NCBI GenBank assembly: GCA_965637545.1 | Contig: OZ281496.1 | Location: 23,560,001-23,624,000 of the forward strand | Direction: 5' to 3' | DNA length: 64,000 nt | From: Phallusia mammillata | Taxonomy: Eukaryota | Position numbers and translations under genes: made by a program | The notes under the pieces: model-generated | Databases searched by the model: none | Told to the model about the DNA's origin: nothing | Seen by the model: the letters and a program-made list of their open reading frames with translations, nothing else | Shown here: positions 38,359 to 48,365 of the stretch, piece by piece | How the letters are laid out: every line of letters begins with the position of its first letter | How positions within the stretch are numbered: the first letter of the stretch is position 1

Positions 38359-38538
38359 TTTAATCATAAACATTACTGCCAAGGTAGTGGTGTATATAGA
38401 ATACATCGTGTAGACGTTTCGACAATCTCTGTTGTCATCATCAGTACATCTACTGATGATGACAACAGAGATTGTCGAAACGTCTACACGATGTATTCTA
38501 TATACACCACTACCTTGGCAGTAATGTTTATGATTAAA
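38359..38538. repeat. Perfect inverted repeat: 88-bp arms with a 4-nt spacer
   Basis: 38359-38446 is the exact reverse complement of 38451-38538; the spacer is CATC. It begins 25 nt after the PSMD3 stop codon. Confidence 0.97.
38445..38495 (+). ncRNA. Minimal type I hammerhead ribozyme-like motif (mirror copy on the minus strand at 38409-38448)
   Basis: CUGAUGA (38453-59), an extra U, stem II GACAA-cagaga-UUGUC, GAAA (38477-80), a palindromic ACGU in place of stem III, GUC cleavage triplet (38482-84), and stem I UA/UA plus UACAUC/GAUGUA with a 3-nt bulge. Activity is untested. Confidence 0.65.
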
Positions 38539-38877
38539 CTACTTTTCAAGTCCGTGCATAGTGTTCCTAGGTCTATTATGTTTGGTAAGTATCTTAAAAA
38601 ACTTAACAAATTAGGCATAGAGTTATATGATTTCTATTGTAGATTTTCTGTTGTTGGATTTGACACAATAGCTTTGGGTTTGTGGAAATTGAGGAACACA
38701 ATACCAATTTGTATCTTTTGAAAATTTGGACCAATGAATTCATTTGGAAAATCATTTTTGCTGTCACTTGGATTTCTTAAAATTCTCTTGAAACTATGGA
38801 ATCTGCTTGCAGTTCAGCTTTGTTGTCAAATGCTTGCTATATTTGTGTTTTGTGCTCGCCAAACAAGTTCACACCCA

Positions 38878-38906
38878 AATAAATGAACCTACATTTAGGC
38901 AATAAA
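38878..38906 (+). terminator. Two candidate polyadenylation signals for PSMD3
   Basis: AATAAA at 38878-38883 and 38901-38906 are the first I found downstream of the stop codon. Confidence 0.5.
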
Positions 38907-39043
38907 CAGCAGACACATGAAACTCTGCTCGGACAGCAAGCATTATTGCTGCAGCTGAGGTATAAACAGAATCTTTAACACAGGCCATGTAGTATGCAAA
39001 TTGTTGTGGCAACTTGTCATTTTTTCTGCTTGTAATACAGTAC

Positions 39044-39869
39044 TGTAACGTCCCGTGAACGCGCCCCGGTTATAGCGCGGAACATCACACGAGGAGAGAA
39101 TTGAAACGCGATTCCTAATAGCCTCCAACAACCAGTCCACACAGATAGATGTTTAGCTGATCTTATTAGGCGAATTCTTTGAATGTAGGACGATGAAAAC
39201 GAATTGGAAACGTATAGGAAACGGTTTCTGCATAAAGCATGACATTAACACACTGCGCTTTAAATGCAGAAATATAGCACAAATCTTACCAACTGTTGTG
39301 GTAACCGGAGAGAGTAAATAGCACGGGTATTCAACTCGCATCAATTACTGGTACACACCTAAACATACAATAACATATGTCACCACACTGCGCCTTTATG
39401 ACGTCACACACAGTTCTTACCAAGCTGTTTGGCGACAGTACAGAATAAGTCACGCTTCACGTGAAGATAAAACAGAAATACTGCGTAAACAAAATGCAAC
39501 TTAAGCATCTTGTCTAAACCCAACTACACGTACAGTACAACTATTACAAAGCGAATGACATATTAAGTCATTGCGGTTAAGTTCACATTCATTACCATAA
39601 TTCACATTTTAGAGTCATTAAACACATATGTACAAAGTGACTCACCAATAATCGTCAACACGACAATAAATAGCCTTTTCTAATTCAACCGACGCAGCAC
39701 CGTGCTCCACGGAAGTCAGCAACGAAAAGAACTAAACCACGTTGCGTTATCACACAAAACTGGCAGTCCATTGTTACGTCACACAACGCAATAGATTACA
39801 ACACAAGTTGTACTGAGGAAATGCGGGAATCTATAGAAATCTGCAATTACTGGCAAATAAGATGTAACA
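39044..39869 (-). repeat. 3' LTR (826 bp)
   Basis: Direct repeat of 46105-46932; the only difference I saw is a 2-bp indel (caagctgttt vs caagctatgttt). Confidence 0.97.
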
Positions 39870-39871
39870 TA

Positions 39872-39878
39872 CCCCCCC
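39872..39878 (-). promoter_or_regulatory. Polypurine tract (G7) of the retrotransposon
   Basis: GGGGGGG on the minus strand, 2 nt before the 3' LTR. Confidence 0.75.
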
Positions 39879-39962
39879 ACAATGTACGAATCCAAGGAGT
39901 ACATTTACAACACAACACACAAACATCGGCAGTAATTGCGAACACAAAAAATAAACAACTAA

Positions 39963-42900
39963 TCACGCATCGCGGCATAGCAAGCACAATTTTGCAATTG
40001 GGCGTCTGAGTGCTCCAGTGTGAGTCTTGACGATCACCTGACGCACTACTCCCTTCCGATCAGGAAGCACATCGGTCACGCGTCCCAGAAGCCATTTGCT
40101 CCTAGGCTGATTATCATCCGCTACAAGCACAATGTCGCCGACCGTGAAATTAGAATGTCCATTTGCCCACTTCGATCTGGGCATTAGCGTCGGCAGGTAC
40201 TCGCGCGACCATCGCCGCCAAAATTGGTCGGCCAAGTATTGTACTTGGCGCCAACGGTTACGATGGAAACAGTCCTTCCCCGTAAACAGTCCAGGGGGCA
40301 TATTCGGCGCTGCACGTTGCAGCAGTAGGTGATTTGGTGTAAGGGGCTCCTCATCCTTCGAATCGAACGTCACCGGAACCAAGGGACGAGAGTTCAGGAT
40401 GGCCTCGACCTCCACCATCAGCGTCATCAGTTTCTCATCGGACAATGTCTGCTCCGAAAGCAGAGCGTTGAGAATTTTGCGCACAGAGCGTATCATTCGC
40501 TCCCAAACCCCACCCATGTGGCTGGCAGTGGGAGGATTGAAGCTCCACGCAATATCACGTTGTTGCAGATATTTGTAGATCTGCTTTTGATTCCACCTGT
40601 TCAGCTCTTCGCGCAGGATGCGCTCAGCTCCAACGAAGTTTGTGCCGTTGTCGCTGTAGATCTGGTCTGGCCGTCCTCGACGACCGATAAAACGTCGGAG
40701 AGCTCCAATAAAGGAGTCCGTAGACAGTGAATGCGCAATCTCAATGTGCGCGGCCCTGGTGGAAAAACAAGTAAAGATGCACCCGTACCTCTTTACCTCA
40801 CTTCGTCCTTGCTTCACAAGGAAAGGTCCAAAGTAGTCGACACCGACCACCGAGAACGGCGGCTTATTGGCCTGCAGTCTCGCAGCAGGAAGGTCTGCCA
40901 TCATCTGTTTGCCCAGGGGGCCATTTCTTCGGCGACAGGAAACACACTGTCCAAGAACACGCCGAACTGCTACCCCTCCTTTGATGATCCAGTAGCGTTG
41001 CCTGAGAGACGACCACGTGTGTCCCATTCCAGAATGGCCAACCTCGTCATGCTGTTGCATAATCACCAGGTCGGTAAACCGATGGTCGTATGGAAGAATC
41101 ATAGGATGTTTAACATCGAACTCGACACACGCACGCTCGATCCTTCCACCAACTCTCATAACTCCATCGACTAGAATTGGGTTGAGCTTTCCAAGAGCCC
41201 TCTTTTTCTTTGGTAAACGAACGTCTTCTCCTTTGGCCTTTGACATCGCAGCGATAACGTCCGGGAAACTTCGTCTCTGTACATACTTTACAATCTCAAG
41301 CTCGGCAGCCTTGAGTTCAACAACGGTCAGTTGCCCAGTAGGTACTTTATACTTGGCAGGAAACCTCCTTGACATCAACATCGATTTGAATCTGAGCAAC
41401 CAGCTTACAGCCCTTTTCAGCCGATTGAGTGATGAGTATCTCGCAATGAGTCGATCCGTAGCGGACTCGCTGGTGACCAGACAAACGGTTTGAGTTTCTT
41501 TCTTTATCAAAAGAAATTCGATTGGCAATGACGACAAGTCTGGGCATGAAGGCCATGTATCTTCTTGTTCCCAAAGAAACTGGGGTCCAGTAAGCCATCG
41601 GCTGGACCTAAGGAATTTATTCACACTGAGTCCACGAGACGCCTCGTCCGCTGGATTTACCTTGGTGCTGACGTGTCTCCATTGACTAGGCCGGGAAACA
41701 TCCTCGATTTTGGCCAAGCGATTTGCAACGAACACTGGGAAGCGCTTATTGCAGTTGCGAATACTTTGAAGAACCGCAGTCGAATCCGTCCAGAACACGG
41801 ATTGGCATTCGTCCAGTTGCAGCTCCTTTCTCACAAGTCGATCCAACTTGGCTGCAACAACGGCCGCCGTCAGCTCCAGGCGGGGAATCGAACATGTCTT
41901 CAGGGGGGCAACGCGTGCCTTGCCTATTAAAAACGAGCAGTGAATGCGTCCTTGCTCGTCTACCAGCCTCAGATAGGTCACCGCGCCGTAAGCTGTGGAT
42001 GACGCATCTGCAAAATGGTGCAATTCCGTTTTTCGCACCTTACCAAAATCGTGGGGCTTCACGCATCTAGGCAGAACGACGCCTCCTAACCGCGGTAGTT
42101 GCTGCAACCATTTTGCCCACGATTCGGAGTCTTCATCGGAAAGAACGTCATCCCATCCCAGCTGCTTTCTGCAGAGATCTCTTTGCATCGTCTTGGCCAC
42201 CACGATCACGGGCGCTGCAAAGCCAAGAGGATCGTATAAGGAACTTACCACCGACAGGATTGACCTTCTGGTGTAGGCTGTAGGCTGCTTTACATCGACA
42301 TTGAAACCGAACTCGTCCGACGAAACGTTCCATCGAACACCAAGTACCCTCTCGCAGGAGGAACCATCCACGTCCAGCTCCTTCACCGATTTAGCCCGTT
42401 CCTCTTCATCAATAGACGCGAGAACTCGCTCGCTGTTGCTAAGCCACTTGGTTAGCCGAAATCCCTTCTTCTTGAGAAGTGCACAGATACCTTTGACCAA
42501 CTGAACTGCTTCTGCTTCAGTCGACACGGATTTTAAACAGTCGTCAACGTAGAAATTCTTTTCTACCGTCTCGACGACTTCCTTTGGAAATTCGCTTCGC
42601 AAATCATCAGCGGCTTGTTTAAGACAAAAACTCGCACAGGAAGGGGAAGAAGTTGCTCCAAACAAATGAACAAGCATCCTGTGTGCGGTGGGCTTCTTCG
42701 ACACATCGCCATCGGGCCACCACAAGAACCGAAGTGCATCACAATCTGTCAGCTTCACACGGATCTGATGAAACATGGCCTCCACGTCGGCCACAAGAGC
42801 TACCCTTTCCATCCGAAACCTTGATAGAACTCCTACTAAGGAATTGGTCAGATCCGGACCCTGGAGTAAAGCATCATTCAACGACTGGTCGCGGTATTTG

Positions 42901-45869
42901 GCAGCACAGTCAAAAACTACCCGCACCTTTCCGGGCTTGTGTGGATTTGTGACAGGGTGATGCGGCAGGTACCATACTACCTCTGCAGACTGTTCCTCAT
43001 TTGGAACTTCTTCGGCATAGCCTTTAGCTATGTAACCCTGTACCGTCTTTGTATACGCATCACGTAGCACGGCGTCGCGTCTCAGGCGACGTTCTAAAGA
43101 ACCCAAACGGTTTAGCGCCATGTCCTGGTTGCACCGAAGCGGTTGTGCGTTCGGGCGCCATGGCAACGGCAACTCATAATGACCTTGCTTGAATTGCACA
43201 CTAGTTTTCATTTTATCCAATACGTAACGGTCTTCACGCGACATAGGCATCGCGTCGGCGTTGGTATCTTGAAAGTCGGTCTTCCACATTCGCTCTAACT
43301 TCTCGTGCAGCGAATCATTGGCAACTTGAGTAAAGTTGACGGAAAACAAATCAGTTGACTTGTTAGAGACAGGTCCTGCCAATGCCCATCCAAGTGGAAC
43401 CCTGAATGCAATAGGTTGCTTCGATTTTCCCTTCCGTACCTCTTGCACGAGAAAGGCCTCTGGAACGTCTAGCCCGATGAGCAACAAAGCTTCACTGCAA
43501 TCTACCTGTGGGAATGACAGGTCTCTAATATGTGGCAGTGCATCCAATTCCGCGTTTCTCGGAAACTTGTTGGCGGTGATAGGCAAACAATCAACAGCGA
43601 AAACCTCAGGAAGTTCCACTGTTGTAGAGCCATCGAGCGAAGCAACAGATAAATTCACTCTTTCGCCCTCGCGCTTGCGACTGTTCCCGTTGATCGTTTT
43701 AAGCGTCACGTTGCTAGGTTCACCTTGCAGCCCAAGCTTATCTGTCAGTTTCTTGTCGCACAAGGTAATGCCCGAGCCAGTATCTAAAAGAGCGTAAGTA
43801 TCAACAGTCCTACCGTTAGCACTGACTTTGACCGCAACCATCATCAAGTTGACGCTCTGTCTACCGGAGGAAGCATGACAGTTCTTTCCAATCGCCGACA
43901 CAACCGAACAAACTGTCCGTTCCGGCGCAGGTCCTTTGACAGGAGACTCGCCCTCTCTCTTCTCTGGCGGATGCAATAAGGTGTGATGGGCTTCATTGCA
44001 GTCCCTGACGGTACACGCTTTGGGGCTGTTGCACTTAGTGGCAAAGTGCCCAAATCTGAAACAATTATCACAGAGTCTACGGCGCCGGGTGACGCGCAGA
44101 CGATCGCGGTAAGGTAGGGATTTAAATTCCTCGCACTTAGCAAGCACGTGGTTTCCCGAACAGCACTGGCACAACGGGGTAGTGGGAAAATGGGAAGGTC
44201 CGGCACGAACCTTCGGCCTAGATTCTTGTTCGCTTACAACGACATGACTGGAAGCCTTTACATGACTACTTTTACCTTTCGCCTTCTTAGCTTCGTTGCG
44301 ATGCTCATCGAGCATGCGGCTGAACAGTGAATTTGCAATCCGATCCTCCGTTTCCACAAAGTCCACAAGATGCTCAAACAAAGGTTCACGGCCAGTATCT
44401 CTGAGAATTTTCTCAACACGCCGTTTCCAAGCCTCTTGCATCTTGAACGGTAGACGATTCACAACAGCAATCAACGTGGGGTAATTATTCATCTCGGAAT
44501 GCTCGTCAATGTCTGAAAGTGTAAGTAAACAATCGCGCAGCGACTGCGCAAGCTCGCTCAAACCAGCAGCATCGTTCGGTCGCAATTCTGGACCGTTGAC
44601 CACACACCTTACACATGCATGAGCGATTATGTGTGACTTGCCAAAGTGGTCGTACAGTAACTGTCTCGCTTGTTGGTACCCGTTTACCTTTAGTCTAAAG
44701 CAGTGTTCAATCAGTTTACGGGCCTTGCCATCACAATGCTGCGCCAAATACGACAATTTGGCACCATCGTCGTCGACCTTGTCGTCGATACGAGAATCGA
44801 AATTGCGCACAAACTTCCAATAGTCCATTGGATTGCCATCAAAAACGAGAACCTTAGGCTTCGGTCTGTTTATGTGCTTTACAAGTGATGCAATCTCATT
44901 GTCATGCACGCCAGTTGGCTTGACTGAATCGTATGTACAAATATTATTTACAATTGGGTTTGCTGCGGTAAAGGAACCTCTTTCGTCAAACGAAGATTTA
45001 ATTTTAGGCGCATATTGGGATGGGGACTTCGAAGGAGCAACATAGTCAACCACATACCGCTGGTCAGGAGGGCTTCGCTGCGACGTGACAGGCGGTGACG
45101 TGAACAATACGCGACGTTGATCCCCGAGCGGCTCCTCCGGGGGAGGCGTGGTCGATTTACCAGAACCTTCCTTCACCGTCACGTACTCCGTGTTTCCTGA
45201 CATCTCGTCCCAAACTTTCTCTTCAACCTCTGCGGCTTGGAGCTGGTGCTGCAGTTCCAGCATTTCCATTTTGTCCCTTTGACGCTGTTCTTCTTCAGCA
45301 CGACGAATTTCTTCTTCGGCGCGACGTCTGTCTTCTTCTGCGCGTCGCATGTTCTCTTCTGCGCGTAGTATATCGGTTTGCCGTTTCATTACTTCGTGCT
45401 GTCTGGCTAGCTCCTGCTTCTGCGCTGTCTGTTGAATAGCAAGACGCGCAAGCTGCGTAGTAACTTTAACTCTAGTTCTACTGTTAGTGGAAGAACTAGA
45501 TCGCCTACTTCGTCCGCAGAAGGAGTCGTTGTCCCTTGGACTCTTATCACCACTTCCACCCGGACTAGCTATGTTAACAGGTAAAGCAATGCTAGATGGA
45601 GAATTTACCTCACGAATCCAGTGAGAAACTCGGTCATCAAATTCGGCCTTGTTTTTCCTCACGCTAGCTAGTTCGGCGGCAAGATCGGGATGCGCCTCGT
45701 AGACAGCAACAGCATCCACAAAAAGGTGTTCAAGCGCAACCAAGATCGTCTCGAGCACCTGTTTGTTGCGGTGGTCCTTCATCAGACACTCGGCGGCTAG
45801 ATATTGATCATCTAGACGTCGACGACAGTCAGCGATCGCTTCAGGAGTTGTAACGTTTGATTGGCTCAT
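39963..45869 (-). CDS. BEL/Pao Gag-Pol polyprotein, 1968 aa
   Basis: Gag with zinc knuckles (CQCCSGNHVLAKC, CDNCFRFGHFATKC, CTVRDCNEAHHTLLH), protease ALLDTGS, RT FYVDD, Pao-type RNase H (HFADAS, FWTDS), integrase with HHCC and DYFG/SDNGTNF/WERMIRS, and C-terminal LTPNHLL...FWRRWSREYL...DIVLV. No stops and no env ORF. Confidence 0.97.
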   Translation of the reverse strand: MSQSNVTTPEAIADCRRRLDDQYLAAECLMKDHRNKQVLETILVALEHLFVDAVAVYEAHPDLAAELASVRKNKAEFDDRVSHWIREVNSPSSIALPVNIASPGGSGDKSPRDNDSFCGRSRRSSSSTNSRTRVKVTTQLARLAIQQTAQKQELARQHEVMKRQTDILRAEENMRRAEEDRRRAEEEIRRAEEEQRQRDKMEMLELQHQLQAAEVEEKVWDEMSGNTEYVTVKEGSGKSTTPPPEEPLGDQRRVLFTSPPVTSQRSPPDQRYVVDYVAPSKSPSQYAPKIKSSFDERGSFTAANPIVNNICTYDSVKPTGVHDNEIASLVKHINRPKPKVLVFDGNPMDYWKFVRNFDSRIDDKVDDDGAKLSYLAQHCDGKARKLIEHCFRLKVNGYQQARQLLYDHFGKSHIIAHACVRCVVNGPELRPNDAAGLSELAQSLRDCLLTLSDIDEHSEMNNYPTLIAVVNRLPFKMQEAWKRRVEKILRDTGREPLFEHLVDFVETEDRIANSLFSRMLDEHRNEAKKAKGKSSHVKASSHVVVSEQESRPKVRAGPSHFPTTPLCQCCSGNHVLAKCEEFKSLPYRDRLRVTRRRRLCDNCFRFGHFATKCNSPKACTVRDCNEAHHTLLHPPEKREGESPVKGPAPERTVCSVVSAIGKNCHASSGRQSVNLMMVAVKVSANGRTVDTYALLDTGSGITLCDKKLTDKLGLQGEPSNVTLKTINGNSRKREGERVNLSVASLDGSTTVELPEVFAVDCLPITANKFPRNAELDALPHIRDLSFPQVDCSEALLLIGLDVPEAFLVQEVRKGKSKQPIAFRVPLGWALAGPVSNKSTDLFSVNFTQVANDSLHEKLERMWKTDFQDTNADAMPMSREDRYVLDKMKTSVQFKQGHYELPLPWRPNAQPLRCNQDMALNRLGSLERRLRRDAVLRDAYTKTVQGYIAKGYAEEVPNEEQSAEVVWYLPHHPVTNPHKPGKVRVVFDCAAKYRDQSLNDALLQGPDLTNSLVGVLSRFRMERVALVADVEAMFHQIRVKLTDCDALRFLWWPDGDVSKKPTAHRMLVHLFGATSSPSCASFCLKQAADDLRSEFPKEVVETVEKNFYVDDCLKSVSTEAEAVQLVKGICALLKKKGFRLTKWLSNSERVLASIDEEERAKSVKELDVDGSSCERVLGVRWNVSSDEFGFNVDVKQPTAYTRRSILSVVSSLYDPLGFAAPVIVVAKTMQRDLCRKQLGWDDVLSDEDSESWAKWLQQLPRLGGVVLPRCVKPHDFGKVRKTELHHFADASSTAYGAVTYLRLVDEQGRIHCSFLIGKARVAPLKTCSIPRLELTAAVVAAKLDRLVRKELQLDECQSVFWTDSTAVLQSIRNCNKRFPVFVANRLAKIEDVSRPSQWRHVSTKVNPADEASRGLSVNKFLRSSRWLTGPQFLWEQEDTWPSCPDLSSLPIEFLLIKKETQTVCLVTSESATDRLIARYSSLNRLKRAVSWLLRFKSMLMSRRFPAKYKVPTGQLTVVELKAAELEIVKYVQRRSFPDVIAAMSKAKGEDVRLPKKKRALGKLNPILVDGVMRVGGRIERACVEFDVKHPMILPYDHRFTDLVIMQQHDEVGHSGMGHTWSSLRQRYWIIKGGVAVRRVLGQCVSCRRRNGPLGKQMMADLPAARLQANKPPFSVVGVDYFGPFLVKQGRSEVKRYGCIFTCFSTRAAHIEIAHSLSTDSFIGALRRFIGRRGRPDQIYSDNGTNFVGAERILREELNRWNQKQIYKYLQQRDIAWSFNPPTASHMGGVWERMIRSVRKILNALLSEQTLSDEKLMTLMVEVEAILNSRPLVPVTFDSKDEEPLTPNHLLLQRAAPNMPPGLFTGKDCFHRNRWRQVQYLADQFWRRWSREYLPTLMPRSKWANGHSNFTVGDIVLVADDNQPRSKWLLGRVTDVLPDRKGVVRQVIVKTHTGALRRPIAKLCLLCRDA

Positions 45870-45918
45870 CTTCGACCGCTTAAATATTTAACAAACGGTT
45901 AAACTGATCTTCAACACA

Positions 45919-46104
45919 CAGTTGAAGCTTATTTCAAGAAGCAGTTGAAACTTGATTTCAACTGTATTGTTCTGTTCAACGAACAGTTGAAACTTGATTT
46001 CAACTGCAGAGTTGTGTTCAACAACAGTTGAAACTTTCTTGCAGGAAGCAGTTGAAACTTGATTTCAACTGCAGATTGTCTTCAACAGCCAGTTGAAACT
46101 TTCA
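45919..46104. repeat. Array of CAGTTGAAA-cttga-TTTCAACTG hairpins in the retrotransposon leader
   Basis: Perfect copies at 45942-45964, 45984-46006 and 46049-46071; partial copies at 45919, 46025 and 46090, the last abutting the 5' LTR. Confidence 0.9.
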
Positions 46105-46932
46105 TGTAACGTCCCGTGAACGCGCCCCGGTTATAGCGCGGAACATCACACGAGGAGAGAATTGAAACGCGATTCCTAATAGCCTCCAACAACCAGTCCA
46201 CACAGATAGATGTTTAGCTGATCTTATTAGGCGAATTCTTTGAATGTAGGACGATGAAAACGAATTGGAAACGTATAGGAAACGGTTTCTGCATAAAGCA
46301 TGACATTAACACACTGCGCTTTAAATGCAGAAATATAGCACAAATCTTACCAACTGTTGTGGTAACCGGAGAGAGTAAATAGCACGGGTATTCAACTCGC
46401 ATCAATTACTGGTACACACCTAAACATACAATAACATATGTCACCACACTGCGCCTTTATGACGTCACACACAGTTCTTACCAAGCTATGTTTGGCGACA
46501 GTACAGAATAAGTCACGCTTCACGTGAAGATAAAACAGAAATACTGCGTAAACAAAATGCAACTTAAGCATCTTGTCTAAACCCAACTACACGTACAGTA
46601 CAACTATTACAAAGCGAATGACATATTAAGTCATTGCGGTTAAGTTCACATTCATTACCATAATTCACATTTTAGAGTCATTAAACACATATGTACAAAG
46701 TGACTCACCAATAATCGTCAACACGACAATAAATAGCCTTTTCTAATTCAACCGACGCAGCACCGTGCTCCACGGAAGTCAGCAACGAAAAGAACTAAAC
46801 CACGTTGCGTTATCACACAAAACTGGCAGTCCATTGTTACGTCACACAACGCAATAGATTACAACACAAGTTGTACTGAGGAAATGCGGGAATCTATAGA
46901 AATCTGCAATTACTGGCAAATAAGATGTAACA
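46105..46932 (-). repeat. 5' LTR (828 bp)
   Basis: Direct repeat of 39044-39869, with termini TGTAAC...GTAACA. Confidence 0.97.
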
Positions 46933-47199
46933 AGTACTGCAAATGTAAGTACTTCAAAATAAGAATGCTGATATGTTACTTTTATCTGGACATCATCAGC
47001 ATTCTGTGGTAAGGCTGCAAGTTCTCCTTTGTTGAAAACTGGTCGCGTTTCGGACCAACCCATGGTTTTCCAAATACTCTCACCCAGCCTTTATTACAAA
47101 TTTCGTTCCTAACGAATGTACAATATTACAATCATCGTACGAAAATGCATTAGAACACAGTATCCATGTGGCACCACTGCCATGTACACCAGAAAAATT

Positions 47200-48365
47200 T
47201 CAGGTTTTCCGATTGTTCTTTCGTTTTCTTGTGTTTTGGGCCAACTCGGAGCTCTCACTGGATTCCTTTTGAGCCATGGAAGCATCTTTCTGCAGAAAAA
47301 CGCGTTTTACAAATACTTAAACCTAGCAAGGCAATTTTGAACCCCGACTACCCAATGGGACTGGATAAAGTAACCTTATTTTTGGCTTGGTTACCTAACA
47401 AACCGTTCAACTGTTGCTAAGTTTTGTTTGGGTTTAGCCTGCAGTGGCAGTAGTTACTGTATGGAGCAAACCGTTAGCACTTCCTCTTTCCGGTATTTCA
47501 AATGCGTTTTTTACAATAGGTGCCCTAGCTAACTGTTTGACATGTAGCCTACCTTTTTCAAATGATCTCTTTTGTGTTGCTTTTGATGCAGCCAGTGTCT
47601 GTAGTATTCCAACACACAGCCCATCACGAAAAACGAGAGCAGTACCACCGCCATCTCCGCTGTAAAAAGCACTTCGCTTAGTACTTTGTTTACAAAGTTT
47701 TTCTTAACTGAGGCCCAAGTAATTATAAAACCGTTGTTACTATCCGCATGCTGTAAGTTCTTGAACTACTTACAAACGTCGCTCAATGTTACAAATTATG
47801 TTCAATATTACGAAAGTAGCTTATTCATCATAAAATATACAATTAAGTGTAGTTTAATCACTGTAGCGCGTGAAGGGATGGCGAACCAGTCGCCCTTTGA
47901 GTCTACATAAAATTGGCAAGAAGGGGCAAAATTTTGACATATAAGTTACATACTTGTATAGATGGTTACGACATCAAGTAGTTATGTACATAGGCGTAAA
48001 TTATAAACAGTTGCATTGCCTGAAACATTCTACGTTGTTTGAGTACGTCCTTCCGCCAATGGATATCTGATATTTTAGCGCCAGGATGCCAATTGAGTTT
48101 CAGTAAAACACGACAAAGAATATGCGGGACAGTCTCTTACGACGGTGAAATGTTTGGCACTTTGCATGATTTCTACTGTTAACCTAGTAAGCCCTCAACA
48201 CAATCCTTTTCCTTAACGACCAACCGCTTTCGGATCATAGCGTTTGGCATAGGCCTTATATAGTACGCTAAGCTACACATTAGGCCATTTGAACAAAAAT
48301 ATACACTGAACAAATTACTGTAGCTTACCTTTGTCTCCATGGAACAACGATAACAAATCAAACAT
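47200..48365 (-). CDS. Putative 77-aa single-pass membrane microprotein, 3 exons
   Basis: Exons 48365-48329, 47659-47553 and 47289-47200 with donors gtaagc/gtaggc, acceptors ttttacag/ttttctgcag and matching phases (1, 0). Product: MFDLLSLFHGDKAEMAVVLLSFFVMGCVLEYYRHWLHQKQHKRDHLKKKDASMAQKESSESSELAQNTRKRKNNRKT. In-frame TAA 6 nt before the ATG; AATAAA ~105 nt after the stop (47095-47090). Confidence 0.6.

Larger units (their letters stand above)
39044..46932 (-). mobile_element. Full-length BEL/Pao LTR retrotransposon (7,889 bp)
   Basis: TG...CA LTRs at 39044-39869 and 46105-46932, perfect 5-bp TSD AGTAC (39039-43 and 46933-37), one intact gag-pol ORF with domain order PR-RT-RH-IN. Confidence 0.98.

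Noticed and set aside
38236-38721. 161-aa ORF overlapping the PSMD3 end
   Set aside because: It is out of frame with the last PSMD3 exon and runs through the palindrome and UTR; no motif.
40132-45045. Numerous plus-strand ORFs overlapping the retrotransposon
   Set aside because: They are antisense shadows of the GC-richer gag-pol ORF, with no recognisable domains and no env-like features.
47553-47659. Resemblance of EMAVVLLSFFVMGCVLE to TM1 of SLC31/Ctr copper transporters
   Set aside because: The spacing is similar, but I found no downstream exon with TM2 MxxxM or TM3 GxxxG, and the next in-phase exon ends in a stop. No gene symbol assigned.
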